Below are positions 13,801 through 23,500 of a stretch of DNA of 64,000 bases, in pieces (position 1 is the stretch's first letter; each line of letters opens with the position of its first letter). The DNA is from Scyliorhinus canicula (lineage: Eukaryota). The notes under the pieces are model-generated. The model was given only the letters and a program-made list of their open reading frames with translations. It did no database searches and was not told the origin of the DNA. A program made the position numbers and the translations under genes. The DNA lies in the NCBI RefSeq assembly GCF_902713615.1, contig NC_052162.1, positions 104,187,811 to 104,251,810 of the forward strand, in the 5' to 3' direction.

Positions 13801-16070
13801 CGTGACCCTGGCCAGACCCCCCCAACCCCCAACACTTAGTCGGTGTACGTGGAGACAATCAGAGCATCCTGTGTGCATTGGCCCTGGCACACATGTTGTC
13901 CGTCCTGTCGTGCCTGCCCGGGCCTGATGTCATGCCAACGCGTGCTCTCCGTGCATCCTCCTCATCAGGCGAGGCCTGACGTTCATCCACTTAGCCCAGC
14001 ACCTCACCCCTCTTCTGCACAAGTTTGTGGAGGATACTGTGTGCCACCGCGATGTGGCTGACCCTCCCAGCGTCATACGGTGAGGCCATTGCAGAGCAGA
14101 CAAGGCACCTAATCCGCATCTCCAGGATGCCGAAGTACTGTTCGATCACGCCCCTGCTCGATGCATGGGCGTCGCTGTAGCAAATCGTTCTCTGGCCTTT
14201 GAATAGTCGTCATCAGTCACAACTGCAGGGGATCACCTATATCACCCAGGAGACAGCCCGCAGCCGGCGGTGCACTTCGAAGAGGCTGGGATCTCCGAGT
14301 GTGCCAGGATGCAGGTGTTGTGCAAACTGCAGGAGTATCGGGCACCATCATGAATATTGCACATCCGATGGTCACACTAGCTGCACGTTCATCGACTGGC
14401 ACCCATTTGGTTTGCGTAGAATAGCTTGGCATCTGCAGGTTCTCGTAGGGCGACATGCATCCCGCCGATCATCCCCTGAAACCGGTGCATCCCGACGTTG
14501 GTGGCGGACCCCTGCCCAGACATCCTGGCGGGGTCATTCCACATTGAAATGGATGTATTCTGCCGACTGGGCATATCGGTCCTATGTGACGGTAGCAACT
14601 GTGCACTGAGCTCTGTGAGATTCCCGTAAGGCCCTCACTGGACATCTGGACAGTTCCGCTGGTGTATAAATTCAGGGCGACCGTCACCTTGATGGCCACC
14701 GGGACCGGGTGTCCTCCTCCCATCCGCTGCAGTGCCTGGTGCGCCATGATCTGGTAGATATGTCGCGCTAACTCACTGCTCAGCCGGATTCTATGAGGTC
14801 TCATGCAACACCTCGTTTCCACCTCCTCCTCCTCAGCCTGTTGTGTGGCAGACTCGCAATCTTAACTGCCTGCTTCCTGTTACTCTGCGGTAGGCTTTGC
14901 TGAGGCAGTTTCTTCCTCCTCGGTCAGCTCCAGTTCATACAGCCACTGTACATCCCCCAGGGCTGCTGCGACTAGGAGAAAGGCCACCATTGCTGGGTGG
15001 ATTCCAATATCCATTGTCAACAGGTGGTGGAAGGCAGACATGTTGGCATGGTGTGTCCCCCGTACCTAAACTGGCCCAACGGGCTACACGATGGTCCTTG
15101 ATTGGCACTGCAGAGTCTGCCCCCGCAAGTCCCCCCTATGGACCTGGTGCCTGTAGTTGCTCTCACGGGTACCGTTGGCTGGTTCTGCGGCCCCCGTCCA
15201 GCACCTCTCTATGGGGGCATATGTGGGCGTTACCCTTGGGCGGGCGTGGTGATACTCTGCCAGTGGGTGGAGTCCGGGTGGGGGGAGTGGTTTTACAGAG
15301 GGTGAGGGTGTGGAGGTGGGGTGTGGGCGTGGGGCTGAGGGGCGGGGCGGGAAATTCCCCCCGGTGTCACTCAGAAGAACATGAGGTCAAGGTGGGTGGA
15401 CAGTGGGGCGTGCAGCAAGATGCCTGCCTTCTGGGCCATGGCAATGGCAGTCTCTGCCGGGAGATGCTGGTCCCATGGACGGATCACCTCAGTTCCAAGG
15501 TCTTTGCCCGTTTCCACTCCCCGGCCCTGGTAAAACCAAGCCCCTAACCCCCCCCCCCCCCAGAACCAACCCGACCAATGTCAGGATCGGCATCCCATGG
15601 TCGCACCATGACCTATTCCCTCTCCTTCCCGCATCAGCCATGGCGCCTGTTTCACGATTTGTAAAGGCACAAGTGAACCGCGCCATCACGAATTTGCCAC
15701 GAGGAGGTTGAGAATCGTGGAGGCCCCAGAGAACGCCAGGTCAGGTCCGCCAATGATATGCGAATGGTGCCTGCTGTACACGCGGAGCAGAACACATTGA
15801 CGCCATTGTCGAGAATTCCAATTTGGCGTGAAATCAACGCCCCTATGATTTTGGCATCAAAACCTATTCTGCATCCAATCACGTTTCCCATTTCTCGCCC
15901 AGGTTTGTTTGGTGCGCCAGCTGCATGCATCTCAGTGTCGCGCCATTTGCTGGTGGAGTTATTCTCTATTCCCTCCGTTTGTCAATGGGAGTCCCCCATA
16001 AGTCACCCACGCCACTAGGAATCCCACAGGCCCGGGTGCGCTCCCGCCAGGAACAGAGAATTCCAGTTTG
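10860..16070. mobile_element. Degenerate PIF/Harbinger DNA transposon with a Myb/SANT-like gene (+) and a HARBI1-like DDE nuclease (-), convergent
   Basis: From ATG 10881: MAARRVAPRSMEAELETLLDAVE...QVTEAISAISNMMRLGQQCQK, then HNRRERQKTEGGPADLQPLT at ~11700. On the minus strand at ~13900-14830: GGGHPVPVAIKVTVALNLYTSG, QGMIGGMHVALR and other Harbinger nuclease motifs, with frameshifts. Confidence 0.8.
11135..11512 (+). mobile_element. 5'-truncated CR1 inserted into the Harbinger element
   Basis: ORF 11137-11367 is a CR1 ORF2 C-terminus, followed by a (TTCTTATG)n tail. Confidence 0.85.
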
Positions 16071-16361
16071 AGCCAAGTAATTTCGCTCTACCGAGTGCCA
16101 ATCCCAGTACAGATGCATATGTTTATGTGAAATACCCCATGGAACTGCTGTTTTCCACATCTGAATCTCTGAAGACAGTTGGTATAACATCAACATGAAT
16201 TCGATGAATTCTCGTAATTGATTAAACTAAAATAAAAACTTCAAACAATTGAAAGTTGAATATTATGTATTATTTAATGCGGTCACGTTGATCAATGTTG
16301 ATTAACCTTCAGTGCTTGTTCCCAAAAAACGGAGATGCTGGTGTTGGACTGAGGTGGTCGC

Positions 16362-16466
16362 AGTAAGAAGACTTACAACACTAGATTTCGGAGCTGCACG
16401 CTCTGAAAGCTCGTGATTCCAAACATACCTGTTGGACTTTAACCTGGTGTTCTAAGACTTCTTACT
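16362..16466. mobile_element. Penelope-type terminal-repeat fragment forming a ~20-bp inverted repeat (related direct fragment at ~24875-24935)
   Basis: AGTAAGAAGACTTACAACAC (16362-81) matches the reverse complement of 16447-66 at 18/20. The internal GAAAGCT..CCTGTTGGACTTTAACCTGGTG motif recurs at ~24880. Confidence 0.5.
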
Positions 16467-16984
16467 TATTCTCAAAGTTTTATGGACATTTTCATCACAG
16501 CGATTAAAAGAAAGTCGCTATGGTTTAATTTCCTCCGATGGAGTTTGTAGCTGGTCCCTGCAGTATCATAACAGAAAAAGTGATCAGGGTCAATCACAAC
16601 GTGTTGCCATTTAGAATTGTTGCAGTGTGAAAAAAATAACAATCTTCAATGAGGTGAACTGAGATTCGAATACCCATTGAATCAGGGAGGTTTTTCAAAA
16701 GGGCAGCAGATGGTTTGGCGATGGATGATGTCTGAAATTAAATAATACGTGTCTATAACTTTCGAATCACCGGGGAAAACGTTCCTTCTTTCTTGTGAAA
16801 AGTATCGTCAAGCCGTTTGTGTTTTTTTGTTATCCACCCCACATACTGGGACAAATTGTGGCTGCGGAGGTGGGTGAAGATCCCAGTTATATAATCTCCT
16901 TTTCGAACATTTCAAACCGCTTTGCAGGTCATTTGAGATTTTAGTGCAACCACAATTTTACTGTACGGAAAATTGGCCGTAATA

Positions 16985-17145
16985 TTTCGCACAGCAAGTC
17001 CCCACAGCTACACTGTGAAAAATCACCGGAAATTATGATTTAGGAATGTTGACAGAGTTATAAATATTGGCCCAGGATACAATAGGCATTTCATTGATTT
17101 TCTAAAGAAATCCATTGGAGGGTCACAGCTATCTGAGAGAAATAG
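16985..17145 (+). mobile_element. Ancient DeuSINE-domain remnant ~350 bp upstream of the Ig leader
   Basis: GCACAGCAAGTCCCACAGC...ATAAATATTGGCCCAGGATAC resembles the recalled Deu domain of AmnSINE1/SacSINE1. Confidence 0.5.
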
Positions 17146-17369
17146 AAACTAAGCACACGTAGGGTTTTATAGAGAATGTGCAGATTTAATTCAATTTTAA
17201 ACTAAATCTACTGTACAAAGATGGTGTGTAAAGACAAACAATGAATCGGCAATCAAACAATGTACTTGTGGAGGATCATGGAATACTAATTGTTAACTTT
17301 CTCCAGCGGAACTCAGTTAGAAACATGATTTAAGAGGAAAGGAGTGGATCCCAATGTCCAGCCCTTTTT

Positions 17370-17377
17370 TTTTGCAT
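17370..17377 (+). promoter_or_regulatory. Octamer-like motif (TTTTGCAT, 7/8 match to ATTTGCAT) ~115 bp upstream of the leader ATG
   Basis: The position matches tetrapod VH promoter octamers. It has one mismatch and sits at the end of a T run, so it may be chance. Confidence 0.3.
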
Positions 17378-17490
17378 AGGTGCCCAAGCAGTACAAATGG
17401 AGGGGTGGTTCAGCTTCCATTTGAAAATCAGGAGACGGAGCTGCAGCGCCGAAACACGATTGCTAATCAGTTATAACCGAGGACCAGAAG

Positions 17491-17536
17491 ATGGGTCTTT
17501 CTCTGGGCCTTTGCAGCTTACTGATTTGTTTCACTT
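17491..17536 (+). CDS. IgH leader exon ([15 protein letters not shown])
   Basis: ATG at 17491, hydrophobic signal peptide, donor T|GTGAGT at 17537, 102-nt intron to the V exon. The split leader is completed by Y-V-Q-S. Confidence 0.9.
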
Positions 17537-20500
17537 GTGAGTAAATCTGACTGTTTTAACAATCCACTAAGTGAACTCAATTTTTATTTCTATTTTTGTT
17601 TTGAATGTTAACCAATATATATACATTTTCACTTACAGATGTCCAATCCGCCATCGTGCTAGGCCAGTCGGCTTCTGTGACTAAAAATGAGGGAGAACAT
17701 CACAAACTGTCCTGTTCAGTGGCTGGTTTCAATCTGAAGAATTACTATATGCACTGGTTTAAACAGGTTCCCGGGAAGGGGCTGGAGTGGTTTCTTACTT
17801 TCTACAATCCAACGGATAATAAGTCATACGCGCCTGGTTTCGAGGGTCGAATTGTCACTTCAAAAGACTCCTCTACACTGTACATTAATATCAACGGTCT
17901 CAAACCTGAAGACAGCGGCATGTATTACTGTGCAAGAACAGTAGGTGGCTATGGTCTTGATTACTGGGGGCAAGGCACAATGGTAACAGTTTTAGCAGGT
18001 AAGATAAATGATCTCGTCCCGCGCCATCCTTTCACATTTCTATTTACTTTCATAACAAATGTGTCACCGAAACTTGTTGCCGCTGATTCTGTGATTGTAG
18101 ATTCTGTGATTCCAGGAGAAAACTAGGGAGGCGTTAAGGAGCCGTTTGAGGGAATTATAATTTATCTGCGGATACAACTTTGTTCCTGGCGTACTTTATG
18201 TACTGATTTATTAAAAAGTTATTCCTTTTTAACCATGTTTAATGTTGGTGACATCTGGTACTCTAAGTCTTCTGATTAAAATAAATTATTACTTTTGTGT
18301 TTTACTGTGCTTTAAATACGACTGTAGGAAGAAAACCAAATGCTACCAAGGGTTAAGAAAACTTTAAACTACGTGTTTTAAATTCAATTTAATTGAAATT
18401 TTATTTGCGCGAATTATATTCCAACATTCTTATTTAACGTGCCGGGTCTTCATTAACAGGATAAATGTTACATAAATAAAATAACATAATTAACACATAT
18501 CCTGCTTGGATTAGATTTAAATCAGTAGAACGAGCAAGACAATATCGCCCGTCATTGTTGAAATATGTTGCAAAATATCCAGTAATGTATTATGCATGTT
18601 TGTCTGAGTACAATTCTTCTGCCATTATTTCATACTTATGCTTATTTTAAGAAACCTTTCTTGCAGTGACAGGCAGCTTCTGGATAATGCATTGAGTTTT
18701 ATTTAAAATGTTACATTTGATTATGCCGAAAGGAGTAGAAGTTTAAGCAGCATTTTCAGTCCCTCAGGTTTGCAATTTAGTGTCTTTCTGCTGAGGAGAT
18801 TATGTGCCTGGGTCACTCTGAGTAGTGAAGTTTGTGAAACTGTTTGGTGATGTCACATTGGTTTCTGTAATCTTTAGATTACATCCAAAATATGTTGTTT
18901 ATGTGTTTAAATCTGCTTGTAAGCAATTTGTAGAGAGAAAATGCAGGTTTTAGAAATAAGGAAACAATTATAGATATTCATATGTATATTATTGAGTGTT
19001 GATTACAGATCCAATTATGAATATATTGTATTGGTGCCGATATTTAAAACCTGAAATAATATTGAAAATGTAAAGTAAATGATGAATTAACTTGCAGGAT
19101 GAAGGCGAGTTATATTAATATTACTCAAACGGTTATAGTACAGAAATATTTCCCAATATTAATAAAATATAAATGACATCAATACCTATCCGTTGGATTT
19201 ATAAGGAGAGAAACAATGTCAACAAAAATCTGAGGATTCAAAACTTCAACACTGTATTTTTTTAGCGTCATCTGTTCTTGTTTCAGATTACAGAAACATC
19301 AGTAGTTTGCTTATTTTCTATTTATTGTGTGGCATTTGACCTCGACAATTCTGCTTTACAAGGGTATATTACGAGGGAACACAAGTTCCAGGTCAGGGCC
19401 AGGAGGTTTGATAAAGTGCCCCATGGTCGGCTCATGCAGAAAGTAAGGAGGCAGGGCATAAAGGGAGATTTGGCCGATTGGATCGGTAACTGGCTATCAC
19501 ATAGAAGACAGAGGGAGGTGGAAGATGGTAAATTTTTATCCTGGAGCCCAATCACCAGCGGTGTACCATACACCGGTGTGCTCGGTCCTCTGCTATTTGT
19601 GATTTTTATCAATGACTTGTATGATGGAGCTGAAGGTTGGGTTAGTAACTTTGCTGATGACACCATGATTGGTGGAGTAGTGGATAATGTGGAGGCCTGT
19701 TTTAGGCTGCAAAGAGACATTGGTAGGATGCAGAGCTGGGCTGAAAAGTGGCAGATGGAGTCTAACCCTGAAAAGTGCGAGGTGATTCATTTTGGTAGGA
19801 TAAATTTGAATGGAAATTATAAGGTTAACGGCAGGGTTCTGAAGAATGTGGAGGAGCAGAGAGATCTCGGAGTTCATGCCCATAAATCTCTGAACGTTAC
19901 CACCCAAGGAGATAGAACCGTGAAGAAAGCCTATAGTGTGTTCGAATTTATTAACAGGGGAATTGAGTTTAAGAGCCGTGAGGTTCTGCTGCAATTGTAC
20001 AAGATCTTGGTTAGACCACATTTGGAGTATTGTGTGCAGTTCTGGTCTCATCATTATAGGAAGGATGTGGTAGTATTGGAAAGGGTGCAAAGGAGTTTTA
20101 CCAGGATGCTGCCTGGATTGGAGGGTAGGTCTTATGAGGAAAGGTTGAGGGAGCTAGGGCTTTTTCTCATTGGAGCGAAGGAGGATGAGAGATGAATTAA
20201 TTGAGGAGTATACGATTATGAGAGGGATAGATAGAGTGGACGTTCAGCGACTTTTTCCACGGGTGGATGTAGCTGTTACGAGTGGCCATAACTATAAGGT
20301 TCATGGTGGAAGATAAAGGAGGGATTTCAGAGGTAGGTTATTTACTCAGAGAGTGGTTGGGGCATGGAACGCACTCCCAGCTGTGGAGTCGGACACGTTA
20401 GGAACTTTCAAGCGGTTATTGGATAGGCATATGGAGTGCACCAGAATAATTGGGAGCAGGTTGATTTGAACTTAGTTTCAGACTAGTTCGGCACAACGTC

Positions 20501-23500
20501 GTGGGCCGAAGGGCCTGTGCTGTGCTGTACAGTTCTATGTTCTATGTTTAGGGGGGATTTGAGGAAGAAGGACATATTTACAGAGGGTGACGACGGTCTG
20601 GGATGCACTGCCTGGGAGAGTGGTAGAGACGGGTTGATTCACATGCTTTAAAAAGTTCCCAGGTGAGCACTGGCCACGTCATAACATTCAAGTCTATGGG
20701 CCAAGTGCTGACAAATGGGATTAGGCAGGTAGGTCATGTGGTTTTCATTCATCTGTGCAGAGTCATGGGCCGAAGTGTCTCATCTGTGCTGTATTGTACT
20801 GTGATAGTGTGATTCTGAGTCTGTAAAACATATTGATCCAATTTTTGTGCTTAAGTTAAACTGCATTTTAAATTTGTGTTTTCTTCCTTGCCTTGTAGAT
20901 GACCGAACTGTATTAATTAATTATGATTTAAAGGTTACCTTTCCACGCAAACATACGAATTAGGCAGAGCAATTGACTACTAGATCCCTCGGGCCTGCTC
21001 CGCCATTCACGAAGATCATGGCTGACCTGGAAGCGGCCTCAGCTCCACATTCCTGCCTACCACCGTAAACCTTAATACCTCTCCCTTTCTTGGTCAATAA
21101 TCTAGCTACGCCTGCGTTAAAAAAAACACTGACCGTGCCTCCATTGCTCTCTGGGGAAGAAATGAGCATTTTTGCAATTATTTTCAAATCTCAGAGATGA
21201 AAAAGCATTTCTTATCCATCGGAAAGGGTAAACTACTTATTTTTATATGGTGTCTCATCGTTCTACTTTCTGCCAGCAGCAAAAATAACTGTTTGCATTC
21301 CAGCCTGTCAAGTTCCATCGCAATTCTATATGTTTCAATTAGATTACCTATCAATCTTCTAACCTCCATGGGGCACCGTCACAACTGTCCAACTGTTCCT
21401 CGTAATATAACACCAGTCGCCACCCCCTGCCCCAAACCCACCCGTCCCCCACCAGTCTCCCAACCGCGCCTGACACCCCCTGGCGCCCATCCTAGTTACT
21501 GTTCGAGTACCAGCCTATGAACTGTCCCTAAAACAGTTACATCCTTTACTAACCAAGGAACCAGTGACAGCACGCCGTACAGAGATTTATCTCACAATGT
21601 CCCGTACAATTGCAGCAAAACTTCTCTGTATTACGTTCTGTTCCCCATGCAATAAACAACAGCAATCCATTTGCCTTCCCAATTGCTTGCTGTACCCACA
21701 TATAAACATCATAGAATTTACAGTGCAGAAGGAGGACATGTGGCCTATCGAAGCTGCACCGGTCCTTGGCATCCTACCCAAATCCACACATCCACCTTAT
21801 CCCCATAACCCCACACAACCTATTTGGACACTAAGGATAATTTAGCCAGGCGAATCCACCTAACCTGCACATCATTGGACTGTGGGAGGAAACCGGAGCA
21901 TCCGGAGGAAACCCACGCACACACGTGGAGAACAACAAAGAAAATTACAGCGCAGGAACAGGCCATTCGGCCCTCCCAGCCTGCGCCAATCCAGATTCTT
22001 TATCTAAACCTGTTGCCTATTTTCCAAGGTCTACTTCTTTCTGTTCACCACCCGTTCATATATCTGTCCAGATGCATCTTAAATGATGCTATCCTACCCG
22101 CCTCTATCACCTCCACTGGCAAAGCATTCCATGCACCCACCACCCTCTGCATAAAAAACTTTTGAAGCACATCTCCGTTAAACTTTTCCCCTCTCACCTT
22201 GAAATCGTGACCCCGTGTAATTGACACCCCCACTCTTGGAAAAAGCTTGTTGCTATCCACCCTGTCCATACCTCTCATAATTTTGTAGACCTCAATCAGG
22301 TCTCCCCTCAACCTCCGTCTTTCCAATGAAAACAATCCTAATCTACTGAACCTTTCTTCATAGTTAGCACCCTCTATACCAGGCAACATCCTGCTGAACC
22401 TCCTCTGCACCCTCTCTAAATATTCCACATCCTTCTAGTAATGTGGCGACCAGAACTGCATGCAGTATTCCAAATGTGGCCTAACCAAAGTCCTTTACAA
22501 CTGTAACATGACATGCCGACTCTTGTGCTCAATACCCCGTCCGATGAAGGCAAGCATGCTGTATGTCTTCTCGACCACTCTATCAACCTGCGTTGCCACC
22601 TTGAGGGCACAATGGACCTGAACTCACAGATCTCTCTGTACATCAATTTTCCCCAAGACCCGTTCCATTGACCATCTTGTCCGCTCCTGAATTTGATCTT
22701 TCAAAATGCATCACCTCGCATTTTCCTGGATTGAACTCCATCTGCCATTTCTCTGCCCAACTCTCCACTCTATCTATATTTTGCTGTATTCTCTGACAGT
22801 TCCCCTCGCTATCTGCTACTCCACCAATCTTAGTACCATCTGCAATCTTGCTAATCAGACCACCTATACCTTCGTCTAGAATCTAGGGCCTAGACCAACG
22901 ACCCACGGGGAGTAAGATGTTCAAACCAAATCAGACATCACTCGTGTAAGGCGCAAATGCAGCAAAACACATGAAGTCAAGCAGCATTGTGCAATTCGAT
23001 CTGTTACATCGATACCAGTAGAAAATCAGCACTCCAGGCTAATGCAAAAAGTTTGTCCTCTAACATCCGTGGTGGCCTAGTGGTTAGGATTCGGCGCTTT
23101 CACCGCTGCGGCCCGCGTTCGGTTCCCTGTCATGGAATGAAAGTTTATTCTTTACAACCAATCCTACTTTCCTTCCTGGTCGAATACAGTGCAGAATCGC
23201 AGGTGGGCGATTTCTTCTTTCGCTCTCGAACTGCAAGAGTTACATGCAGCAGGACGCGAGCCAAGACGGAGGCAGAAAGCGAATGGCAGTGAAAGATTGC
23301 AAAGCGCTGATCATGGTACAAAGTGTTAATGGCGCAGATTTTAACATTTAAACAGAAACAAATATTTCAGCCGCAAACCCCAGTTTCAGTCCCGATCCAG
23401 ATTGCGCCCCATTTCCTTAGCGTCCAAAAATTTCTCCATCTCAGCTTTCAATCTCCTCATAGATTGCGGTTTCCTAGACGTCCCTGCGTTCCGGTGGCAC

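Noticed and set aside
11442-16196. Numerous GC-rich ORFs of 60-216 aa (e.g. 14897-15547)
   Set aside because: They are overlapping or antisense frames within the Harbinger element. High GC content inflates ORF length.
16385-16415. Active hammerhead ribozyme in the Penelope fragments (also ~24870)
   Set aside because: The CTGANGA catalytic core is missing.
17938-17944. ACAGTAG after CAR as a leftover RSS heptamer
   Set aside because: It lacks the critical first C of CAC and has no nonamer at 12 or 23 spacing. It is better explained as D-derived coding sequence.
17605-18126. The 173-aa ORF as a single-exon protein
   Set aside because: Its N-terminus (17605-17638) and C-terminus (after 17998) are intron read-through, bounded by canonical splice sites.
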